Below, piece by piece: positions 1 to 7,682 of a stretch of DNA of 19,907 nucleotides. Each line of letters begins with the position of its first letter. Within the stretch, counting starts at the first letter, position 1. The stretch covers positions 1-19,907 of the forward strand of contig JBGPXN010000082.1 in the NCBI GenBank assembly GCA_041492755.1, read 5' to 3'. The stretch is from Candidatus Methylomirabilia bacterium (GTDB lineage: Bacteria; Methylomirabilota; Methylomirabilia; Rokubacteriales; CSP1-6). The notes beneath the pieces were generated by a model. The model searched no databases, was not told where the DNA came from, and was given only the letters and a program-made list of their open reading frames with translations. The position numbers were made by a program, and so were the translations under genes.

Positions 1-313
1 CCTTGTGGAGCATCGTGTTGTAGGCGCGGCAGAGGGCCACCGCCCACTCGGCATCACGCAGGAACGCGTTGAACAGGCCGAGCGTGGGGTACAGCACGGC
101 CATCGCCATGCCGCCGGTGTCGAGTGCATCGAGCCAGCTCTTGCCGTCGCCCGCCCAGTTGCCCTTGGTGCCGATGAGGCGCCGATCCCACGCGTCTTGC
201 GGGAAGAACGGCGTGAGCAGTGGGCGCTTTCGGTAGGGCTCGTCCAGGTGCGCCGCGATCTGCTCCCAGGTTTCCGTGACGTGTCCGTCGCCGTCGATGA
301 TCTCGAACTTCAT
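1..313 (-). CDS. Amidohydrolase-family protein (Amidohydro_2-like), 5' part; runs off the window
   Basis: Not in the ORF track. Hand translation gives MKFEIIDGDGHVTETWEQIAAHL...LDTGGMAMAVLYPTLGL...ALCRAYN, with the IDxDxH and VLYPT...CRAYN motifs. Its ATG overlaps the upstream stop (ATGA, 310-313). Confidence 0.85.
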   Translation of the reverse strand, partial: MKFEIIDGDGHVTETWEQIAAHLDEPYRKRPLLTPFFPQDAWDRRLIGTKGNWAGDGKSWLDALDTGGMAMAVLYPTLGLFNAFLRDAEWAVALCRAYNTMLHK

Positions 314-1389
314 GGCTTGTACTCCTTCGCCTGTCGGATCACGGCCTGCTGGTCGAACTTGTTGATCTGCTCCACGAGCTTGTCGGTGTAGAGGTCGGCC
401 GAGGGCACCGTGCCCTGGACGATCTTCTGGTCCTTGAAGATCTTCTGGAGCGACGTCCACTGCGCGAGGGTGGCCGCGCCGTACCGCTTGTCCTGGCGGT
501 TGTCCACGCGCTGCAGATCGAAGCGCGCGTTGAAGACGTGCATCGCCTCCTTCAGAAGCTTGGCCTCGTCACCGGCTTGAGGCCGCGTTTGTGGATAGAG
601 CTTCCAGTGGATGCGCACCGCCGCCTCGGGGTTGGTGAGGCCGAACAGGATCGCCTTGCTGATGCCGCGGGCGAAGCCCACCAGGACCTCGGGATTGTCC
701 GCGAGGTAAGCGTCGCTCGTGGCCAGCGTCTGGCCGATCATGTCGTGGACCATCGGCAGGTCGAGCCGTCGCAGCGCGAGGCCGCGGTTCTCGAGACTCG
801 CCTGCAGCGTGTCCCACAGGGCCAGCGCATCGACCGTTTTCTGCTGGAGGGCCAGCGCTCCCGGCGCTCCGACGCCGACCGCGAGCAGCTTGATCTCCTT
901 CTCGGGGTCCACGCCGACCGACGCGACGAGCGCCTTGGCGAACGGCACGGAGCCGGAGGCGAGCGCCGGCACGCCGATCGTCTTGCCCTTGAGCTCGGCC
1001 ACGGTCTTGATCGGGCTGTCGGCCGGCACCACGATCCGGTAGATCGTCGTGCGCGCCTGGACGTGGAAGCCCTTGATCTTCACGCCCTTCTCACGCCCGA
1101 TGACGATCTCCTCGGGCCCCAGCGACACGACGTTGATGTTGCCGCTGCCGATCTGCTGCAACCCCGCCGCCGACCCCTCCACGCTGGTCACCTCGACGTC
1201 CAACCCCTCCGCCTTCCAGTACCCCAGCACCACCGGCAACGACGAATGCCCGGCGTGACCGACGGAGATGTCCTTCGTGGTCACCGCGAAGATGACCTTC
1301 TTCAGCGGCTTGTCCTGCGCCGGCGCGATCCCGGCAACGACGAGCCCAAGGATAGCCGCGGCGAGCGATAGCGAGACGAACCGTTTCAT
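310..1389 (-). CDS. ABC transporter substrate-binding protein, NMT1/THI5/SsuA-like
   Basis: Signal peptide MKRFVSLSLAAAILG...APAQ; WKAEGLDVEV and ELKGKTIGV motifs; GGAGG RBS upstream of ATG 1389. The longer ORF-track start lies in a repeat. Confidence 0.88.
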   Translation of the reverse strand: MKRFVSLSLAAAILGLVVAGIAPAQDKPLKKVIFAVTTKDISVGHAGHSSLPVVLGYWKAEGLDVEVTSVEGSAAGLQQIGSGNINVVSLGPEEIVIGREKGVKIKGFHVQARTTIYRIVVPADSPIKTVAELKGKTIGVPALASGSVPFAKALVASVGVDPEKEIKLLAVGVGAPGALALQQKTVDALALWDTLQASLENRGLALRRLDLPMVHDMIGQTLATSDAYLADNPEVLVGFARGISKAILFGLTNPEAAVRIHWKLYPQTRPQAGDEAKLLKEAMHVFNARFDLQRVDNRQDKRYGAATLAQWTSLQKIFKDQKIVQGTVPSADLYTDKLVEQINKFDQQAVIRQAKEYKP

Positions 1390-1438
1390 GAGACCTCCCA
1401 TGGAGATTGATCTCGACCGGCGACGAGCCACCAAGGCC

Positions 1439-1561
1439 GCAGGCCGATCAAAAAGGGCCAGATGCAAGGCGGCGACGAGCGACGACTGCGACGTGGCCCG
1501 GCCACGTCGCAGGGAGGAGCGAGGAGCCAACGCCGCAGATGGCCCTTTTTCATCGGCCTGC
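1439..1561. repeat. ~123-bp palindromic MITE-like element, family A, copy 1
   Basis: Terminal inverted repeats gcaggccgatcaaaaagggcca / tggccctttttcatcggcctgc (21/22 match), a central 12-bp hairpin at 1486-1512, and a homologous copy at 19800-19907. Confidence 0.85.
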
Positions 1562-1573
1562 GCTAGGCCTGCG

Positions 1574-2425
1574 CTAGGCACCGATTACCTGGTCCGGCTC
1601 GGCCCAGAAGATCACGCGTCGCTGGATGGCCTGCATGAGCAGGTGCAGCGCCACCCCGAGCACCGAGAGCAGGATCATCACGGCGAAGACGCCGGCGATG
1701 TCGAGGTTGAAGTTGAACTGGAGGATCAGGACACCGAGGCCGCGCTGCGCGCCCACGAACTCGCCGACGATCGCGCCGAGCACGCTGAAGACGATGGCGA
1801 TGTCGAGCCCGGCGAACACGAACGGCAGCGCGTTCGGAAACTTCACGAGCCGGAAGGTCTGCCAGCGGGTGGCGTTGAGCGAGCGCATGAGGTCGAGCTT
1901 CGACTGGTCCACCGTCTTGAGGCCGACGATCACGTTCACCAGCACCGGGAAGAAGCCGACCATGGCCGCGATGATAATCTTGGAGGAGATGCCGAAGCCG
2001 AACCACACGATGATCAGCGGCGCGATGGCGATCTTGGGCAGGGTCTGGAGCGCGACGAGATACGGATACACGGTCTGCTCCACCAGACGGAACTGGGCGA
2101 CCACCGCGCCGCACACGATGCCGAACACGGAGGCGATCAGGAAGCCAAGGATCGTCTCGTAGAGCGTGATGCCGAAGTGCTCCAGGTAGAGCCGGCTCCG
2201 GAGCCCGCCGGCGAGCGAGGCGAGCACGGCGCTGGGCGCCGGCGCGATGAAGGCCGGCACGTCGAACTGGCGCACCGCCCATTCCCAGACCCCGACGAAC
2301 ACCACCAGCACGAGCGGGATCAGGACGATCTGCGGCCGGGCCGCGATGAACCCGCCCGGGTTCTCCGCGAGCTCCCGGCGCCACGAGGTCGGGGCCGCGA
2401 GCGTCTCGTCGGTCAATCGAGCCAT
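1574..2425 (-). CDS. NitT/TauT-family ABC transporter permease
   Basis: Hydrophobic; PAPSAV, LPKIAIAPLIIVWFGFG and GAIVGEFVG motifs. Confidence 0.93.
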   Translation of the reverse strand: MARLTDETLAAPTSWRRELAENPGGFIAARPQIVLIPLVLVVFVGVWEWAVRQFDVPAFIAPAPSAVLASLAGGLRSRLYLEHFGITLYETILGFLIASVFGIVCGAVVAQFRLVEQTVYPYLVALQTLPKIAIAPLIIVWFGFGISSKIIIAAMVGFFPVLVNVIVGLKTVDQSKLDLMRSLNATRWQTFRLVKFPNALPFVFAGLDIAIVFSVLGAIVGEFVGAQRGLGVLILQFNFNLDIAGVFAVMILLSVLGVALHLLMQAIQRRVIFWAEPDQVIGA

Positions 2426-3189
2426 CCTTTAGCGTCGAACAGGTGACGGATCTTCCGCGTATAGACCCCGAAGTCGTCCGACGCCATCATGTCGAGGTCA
2501 CGGGGCCGCGTCAGCTCGACGCTCACCACGTCGACGACGCGTCCCGGGCGGGCCGACATGACGACGACCCGGTCGGCGAGGAACACCGCTTCGGGAATCG
2601 AGTGGGTGATGAAGATGACGGTCTTGCGCGACTCCCGCCAGATCCGGAGCAGCTCGAGGTTCATGAACTCGCGGGTCATCGCGTCGAGGGCACCGAACGG
2701 CTCGTCCATCAGCAGCAGTGAGGGCTCGTGGACGAGGGCGCGGGCCAGGGCCACGCGCTGGCGCATGCCCCCCGACAGCTCGTGCGGATACTTGTCCTCG
2801 AAGCCGTGGAGGCCGACCAGCTCGAGCAGGGCGCGCGCGCGCCGGCTCGACGGCTCGCGCTCGAGCCCGAGCACCTGCACCGGCAGCATCACGTTGGCGA
2901 AGACGGTGCGCCAGGGCAGCAGCACGGGGTCCTGGAAGACGACGCCGACGTCGCGGCTGGGACCGTCGACGGGCCGGCCCCGCAGGTGCACGCTCCCGGC
3001 CGAGCGCTGGAGCAGGCCGGCGAGAATCTTCAGCAGCGTCGTCTTGCCGCAGCCCGACTGGCCCACGACCGTGATGAACTCGCCCTCGGCGACGTCGAGC
3101 GAGATCCCGCCGAGCGCGCGTACGAGCGTCCGACCCTTCGTCCGGTAAGTCTTCTCGACGCTCGAAAGGACGATCAACGGTGGTGCCAC
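2413..3189 (-). CDS. NitT/TauT-family ABC transporter ATP-binding protein
   Basis: Walker A GQSGCGKTT, signature LSGGMRQR, Walker B LLLMDEPFGALD, and H-loop ITH. Confidence 0.95.
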   Translation of the reverse strand: MAPPLIVLSSVEKTYRTKGRTLVRALGGISLDVAEGEFITVVGQSGCGKTTLLKILAGLLQRSAGSVHLRGRPVDGPSRDVGVVFQDPVLLPWRTVFANVMLPVQVLGLEREPSSRRARALLELVGLHGFEDKYPHELSGGMRQRVALARALVHEPSLLLMDEPFGALDAMTREFMNLELLRIWRESRKTVIFITHSIPEAVFLADRVVVMSARPGRVVDVVSVELTRPRDLDMMASDDFGVYTRKIRHLFDAKGWLD

Positions 3190-3198
3190 GAGGCCGCC

Positions 3199-3258
3199 AT
3201 TCTACTCGATCGGCCGCCGGCCAACCCGCTGCCTTCCCGGGCGGCACTCGGGTAGAAT
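3199..3258. promoter_or_regulatory. Divergent pair of TAGAAT -10 elements (minus 3199-3204; plus 3253-3258)
   Basis: Each hexamer lies 8-9 nt upstream of a GTG start, and neither start has an SD sequence. Confidence 0.5.
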
Positions 3259-3266
3259 CGGCCGCC

Positions 3267-3935
3267 GTGGTGTCCGAACCGGTCGCGGGAGACGGCCTGT
3301 TTCCGCCCGATGCCTATGCGCGTGAGGACGAGGCGTCTGACCAGCGCTTTTACGCGATGCCTCGTCGGGTCGTGCACATCGACGACGGCGCCATTGCCGC
3401 GCTCGGACGTCTGTATGGCGACGTCCTGCCCGCGGGCGGGCGTCTCCTGGACCTGATGAGTAGCTGGCGCAGCCATCTGCCGGAGACGCTTCGGGCGGCA
3501 AAGACCGTCGGCCTCGGGCTGAACGCGGAGGAGATGGCCGATAATCCCCAGCTCTCGAGCTTCGTCGTGCACGACCTCAATCGCGATCCACGGCTGCCCT
3601 TCGGCGATGCCGAGTTCCACGGCGCGATGTGCGCGGTGTCGATCCAGTACGTGACCCACCCGGTGCTGGTGTTCCGTGAGGTTCATCGCGTGCTCCGGCC
3701 GGGGGCGCCGTTCGTGGTCGCCTTCTCCAACCGTTGCTTCCCCACCAAGGCGGTGTCCGGCTGGCTCGGCATGTCGGACCAGCAGCACGTCATGCTCGTC
3801 CGCGCGTACTTCCAGGCGGCCGGGAACTGGACCGAGGCCCAGGAAGAGAACCGATCCCGCGGTGTCGACAGCGACCCTCTCTATGCGGTATGGGCAACCA
3901 CAGGCCGCAACATCGACACGGAGGTGCCGAAATGA
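3267..3935 (+). CDS. Class I SAM-dependent methyltransferase-domain protein
   Basis: Conserved uncharacterised family pattern REDExxDxxFYxxPRxVxHIDD, LDLMSSWxSHLP, LPFGDAEF and FSNRCFPTKA. Start taken at GTG 3267 (or 3270). Confidence 0.82.
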   Translation: MVSEPVAGDGLFPPDAYAREDEASDQRFYAMPRRVVHIDDGAIAALGRLYGDVLPAGGRLLDLMSSWRSHLPETLRAAKTVGLGLNAEEMADNPQLSSFVVHDLNRDPRLPFGDAEFHGAMCAVSIQYVTHPVLVFREVHRVLRPGAPFVVAFSNRCFPTKAVSGWLGMSDQQHVMLVRAYFQAAGNWTEAQEENRSRGVDSDPLYAVWATTGRNIDTEVPK

Positions 3936-5677
3936 TCCCCGATGAGATCGACGTTCCTCACGCCGTCGTGCGCGTGCTCGAGGAAGCGGGCATCCAGTTC
4001 GTGCTCGGGATGCCCGGCGGCGATACCGGCCGCATCTTCGACGCGCTCTACGACTCCACGCAGATCCGGACGGTCCTAGTGCGCCACGAGCAGGTCGGCT
4101 CGATCATGGCCGAGATGTACGGCCGGCTCACCGGCAAGCCCGGCGTCGTGATGGGCCAGGGCATCTTCCTCGCCTGCAACGCGCTCTTCGGCACGCTCGA
4201 AGCCGTGAAGGGCGCTTCGCCCATGCTGCTCCTCGGCGATCTCACCGACATGGCGCCCTTCCAGCATCACGCGCCGTACCAGGCCGGGACCGGCGAGCAC
4301 GGCAACCACGATCTGCGAAATCTACTGGCCAGCGCCACCAAGTACACGGCGGCGGTCTACGAGCCCAAGCAGGCGATGCAGACGATCCAGCTCGCCATCA
4401 AGCACGCGACCACGGGCACGCCGGGTCCGGTCGCGGTCATCTTCGCGAGTCGATCGCTGGCGGGCACCGTGAAAACGACTCGGCCGCCCCGCGTCCACGC
4501 CACCGATCGTGTGCTCGCCCACGGGATCTCGCGTCCGGCGGCCGCCGACGTCACGCGCGTCGCCGACCGGCTGCTGGCGTCCTCCGGCGCGGTCATCCTC
4601 GCCGGCAACGGCGTCCACGCGGCGCGCGCGTGGTCGGAGCTGGCCGAGCTCGCCGAGCTGCTGGCCATTCCGGTGGCGACGACGGCGACCGGAAAGAGCG
4701 CGATGGCGGAGATTCATCCGCTCGCGCTCGGCGTCTTCGGGAACTGGGGACAGGTCGCGGCCAACGAGGTGGTGTCCACGGCCGACACCGTGCTCGTGGT
4801 CGGCTCGCGCCTGGCGCCCACCGACACGTGCTTCGAGAACCCCGAGCTGCTCGACGCCGACCGTCAGACCTTTCTGCAGATCGACGTGGAGCCGCTGAAC
4901 GTCGGCCGGCACTTCCCGGTGGCCGCGGCCATCGTGGGCGACGCGCGCGAGGCGCTGGCGGCGCTGGTCGCCGAGATCACGCAGCGCCTCACGCCGGCCC
5001 GGCGCGAGGCGGCGCGCCGGCGGCGCGAGCAGGTCGCCGAGCTGAAAACGCTGCACCGCTATTTCGCCGACGCCGAGCAGCATTCGAGCGACGTCCCGCT
5101 GCGCCCCGAGCGCGTGATCAGCGAGCTCGCCCGGCGGCTCGACGACCGGGCCGTGGTCACGATGGACGCCGGCGCCAACCGCCTCTACATGACCCACTAC
5201 TTCCAGTCGCACGGGGCGGGCACGGTGTACCAGCCGTCCTCGATCGGCGGCATGGGGTACGCGTTGCCGGCGGCGATGGCCGCGAAGCTGGTCTTCCCCG
5301 AGCGTGATTGCGTGGCGGTGTGCGGCGACGGCGGCTTCGCCATGACGATGAACGCCCTCTTCACCGCGGCCCAGTACCGCATCCCGGTCGTCAACGTCGT
5401 GCTCAACAACAGCGTGCTCGGCTGGGTGAAGGACGGCCAGCGGCGGCGTGGCAATCGGTTCATCGCCTCCGAGCTGGGCCGGCAAGACTACGCACGGATC
5501 GCGCAGGCCATGGGCTGCGTCGGCATCCGCATCGAGACCGTCAAGGACCTCGTCGGCGAGCTCGACCGCGTGAAGAACGCGAAGGACCCCGTGCTGCTCG
5601 ACGTGGTGACCACGGAAGACGCGCCGTTCTGGCAGGTGCAGTCACCGTTCGCCAAGGAAGGACCGGGCGGGGAGTGA
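3932..5677 (+). CDS. Thiamine-diphosphate-dependent enzyme, acetolactate synthase large subunit-like fold
   Basis: GMPGG, RHEQ (catalytic Glu), and the GDGGF...NN ThDP motif. GGAGG RBS and ATGA overlap with the methyltransferase stop. Confidence 0.92.
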   Translation: MIPDEIDVPHAVVRVLEEAGIQFVLGMPGGDTGRIFDALYDSTQIRTVLVRHEQVGSIMAEMYGRLTGKPGVVMGQGIFLACNALFGTLEAVKGASPMLLLGDLTDMAPFQHHAPYQAGTGEHGNHDLRNLLASATKYTAAVYEPKQAMQTIQLAIKHATTGTPGPVAVIFASRSLAGTVKTTRPPRVHATDRVLAHGISRPAAADVTRVADRLLASSGAVILAGNGVHAARAWSELAELAELLAIPVATTATGKSAMAEIHPLALGVFGNWGQVAANEVVSTADTVLVVGSRLAPTDTCFENPELLDADRQTFLQIDVEPLNVGRHFPVAAAIVGDAREALAALVAEITQRLTPARREAARRRREQVAELKTLHRYFADAEQHSSDVPLRPERVISELARRLDDRAVVTMDAGANRLYMTHYFQSHGAGTVYQPSSIGGMGYALPAAMAAKLVFPERDCVAVCGDGGFAMTMNALFTAAQYRIPVVNVVLNNSVLGWVKDGQRRRGNRFIASELGRQDYARIAQAMGCVGIRIETVKDLVGELDRVKNAKDPVLLDVVTTEDAPFWQVQSPFAKEGPGGE

Positions 5678-5770
5678 CGTGCGCGTGAAGGCGAGCGACA
5701 TCGACTATACTCGCGGCGCACGCGAAGAACTCGTCGTGCACGCGACGACCCGAAGCTCTGGAGGGCTGCC

Positions 5771-7066
5771 ATGAGTGCAACGCGACGAGCGTCCCCGAGC
5801 CGCCGTGCCTTCCTCCGAACCGGCGCCAAGTCTCTCGCCGGCCTCGCCGGCATCCTCGCCGTGGGACGGCCGCCGGCGAGCTGGGCCGCGCGCGAGCTCA
5901 GTCTGCTCACCGCGGCCAACTACGCGCCGACTTCGGACGCGAAGCTGGCCGAGCTCGGCAAGAAGTTCGGGAAAGTCGCCGGGGCGAACGTCCGTATCGA
6001 CCACATCCAGAGCGTCCAGATGTCGGGCAAGCTCGCGTCCGAGGTCATGGCCAAGTCGGGCCACGACATCGTCAGTCTCGAGATGCACTACCCCTATCTC
6101 TTCCATCCCGGGCTCGCCGACGTGTCGGACATCTGCAACGACCTTTCGAAGAAGCACGGCGACTGGTATCCGTTCGCCAAGGACCACGCCCTGATCAAGG
6201 GCCAGTGGTACGGCGTCCCCTACCTGTACATCTCGTTCCCGGGCAGCCACCGCATCGACCTGTTCGAGAAGGTCGGCGAGAAGGCGCCGGACACGTGGGA
6301 AGACCTGCTCCGGGCCGGACGGAAGCTGAAGAAGCTCGGTCACCCGGTGGGATTCGCGATCAGCCAGACGACCGACGCCGTGTCCACGCTCTACTCGATC
6401 CTCTGGTCCTACGGCGCCAAGGACGTGGCCCCGGACGGCAAGACCGTCACCCTGAACTCGCGGGAGACCGAGACGGCCGTCGACTACGTGCGCACGCTCT
6501 ACAACGACGCCATGGACCCGGCCGTGCTGTCGTGGGACAACGCCGCGAACAACCAGTGGCTGAACTCGGGCAAGGGCTCGTGGATCCACAACCCGATCAG
6601 CCACTACGTCGTCGCCAGGGAAAAGAAGATGCCGGTCGCCGAGCACATTGGCTTTCACATTTCCCCGGCCGGCCCGGGGGGGCGGCACACGGTCGGCGTC
6701 CCTCGAAGTCTCGGCATCTGGAAGTTCAGCAAGAACGTGGATCTGGCCAAGGACTTCCTGAAATGGTTCTTCGAGCCGGCGCAGTACCACGAATGGATCA
6801 TGTCGGGCGACAACTACAATCACCCGATGTGGCGGGACATGGAGAACCACCCCGTCTGGGATCTCGACGCCAAGTACAAGCCGCTCAAGGCCCTCGCGCA
6901 GTACTCGCACCTGTACGGGTGGCCCGCGCCGCCGGACGAGCGGATCCAGCTCGTGACGAACAGCTACATCATCCCGAACATGTTCGCCCGGGTCGTCACC
7001 AACGCGTCGACGCCGAAGGCCGCCATCCAGTGGGCCGAGACGGAGATCAAGAAGATCTTCGCGTAG
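5771..7066 (+). CDS. Tat-exported extracellular solute-binding protein (family 1, sugar-type)
   Basis: Twin-arginine signal SRRAFLR...ASWA; WYGVPY, PDTWEDL and SWDNAANN motifs; GGAGG RBS; TATACT at 5706-5711. Confidence 0.88.
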   Translation: MSATRRASPSRRAFLRTGAKSLAGLAGILAVGRPPASWAARELSLLTAANYAPTSDAKLAELGKKFGKVAGANVRIDHIQSVQMSGKLASEVMAKSGHDIVSLEMHYPYLFHPGLADVSDICNDLSKKHGDWYPFAKDHALIKGQWYGVPYLYISFPGSHRIDLFEKVGEKAPDTWEDLLRAGRKLKKLGHPVGFAISQTTDAVSTLYSILWSYGAKDVAPDGKTVTLNSRETETAVDYVRTLYNDAMDPAVLSWDNAANNQWLNSGKGSWIHNPISHYVVAREKKMPVAEHIGFHISPAGPGGRHTVGVPRSLGIWKFSKNVDLAKDFLKWFFEPAQYHEWIMSGDNYNHPMWRDMENHPVWDLDAKYKPLKALAQYSHLYGWPAPPDERIQLVTNSYIIPNMFARVVTNASTPKAAIQWAETEIKKIFA

Positions 7067-7129
7067 GCCGGCTCACGCGCTGACGTCACCGGAGACGGCC
7101 ATGGGCTTCAGGCCGGGCCTCGACCTCAC

Positions 7130-7417
7130 TCAGCGCGCCGCCTCGAGACGGCGTAGCCGCACCTCCATCTCCTCCTGGCGGCCCTCGAGACTCTGGATTT
7201 TCCTGTCGAGCTCGGCGTAAGAGAACTTGATCATCGCACTCAACTCGCGCTGAGCTCGAAGGATGTCTTCGCGAAGATTCTGCTCGAGTCGGTCGACACG
7301 CTCACGAAAGGCGCCGATGCCCTCAGCCAGAAGTCGTATCTCGGCGCGCATCTGCTCCGCCACCACATCGAAGTGGCGACGTGTTTCTTCATGCAGCGCT
7401 CGGGGATCGGGTTCCAC
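7130..7417 (-). CDS. Small coiled-coil hypothetical protein
   Basis: 95 aa with a heptad-like pattern; fills the intergenic gap; promoter-like sequence upstream. Confidence 0.75.
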   Translation of the reverse strand: MEPDPRALHEETRRHFDVVAEQMRAEIRLLAEGIGAFRERVDRLEQNLREDILRAQRELSAMIKFSYAELDRKIQSLEGRQEEMEVRLRRLEAAR

Positions 7418-7455
7418 GCGGTCTTCCAGATCGAGGTCGCCTGAGGAGCATCGCT

Positions 7456-7484
7456 ATCGTATGCACGACCGCTGCGGCGCGCAA
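7456..7484 (-). promoter_or_regulatory. Putative sigma70 promoter TTGCGC-N17-TACGAT
   Basis: Hexamers with 17-nt spacing, upstream of 7417. Confidence 0.45.
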
Positions 7485-7550
7485 GCGTATCGTTCGCGAC
7501 ACGGCTGAACGGAATCGACTAACCAACGCCGCTCAGAGGGTGTGAGGGAA

Positions 7551-7673
7551 TTCGAGGAGCGCCCCGGCTCCGCCGCGGCGCTCCGAGTGTGGGGGATATC
7601 GAGGCGCGCCCCCGGTTTCCCGGGGCGTGTCCGAGCGAGGGGGGGCAAGGGGGGCCCTATCGGGGCCCCCCAT
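7551..7673 (-). repeat. REP-like two-hairpin repeat, family B: full copy (~7599-7673) plus tandem partial copy (~7551-7595)
   Basis: Reverse complement reads tggggggccccgatagggcccccc...cgctcggacacgccccgggaaaccgggggcgcgcctcga, homologous to 11450-11523. Confidence 0.75.
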
Positions 7674-7682
7674 GTAGGGTAG

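Noticed and set aside
1390..1573. TPP riboswitch upstream of the THI5-like binding protein
   Set aside because: No CUGAGA...CCUGA...GGGA core is present; the space is occupied by repeat family A.
1390..1581. N-terminal extensions of the binding protein and the ADH that share RSSLRRGRATS
   Set aside because: The shared peptide is translation of repeat family A. The true starts, each with an RBS, are 1389 and 19678.
3932..5677. Assigning ilvB to the ThDP enzyme
   Set aside because: No regulatory subunit or ilvC is nearby and the motifs are divergent; only the family is supported.
7551..7673. CRISPR array or tRNA interpretation of the hairpin repeats
   Set aside because: There are no regularly spaced identical repeats with spacers, no cas genes, and no cloverleaf or T-loop motif.
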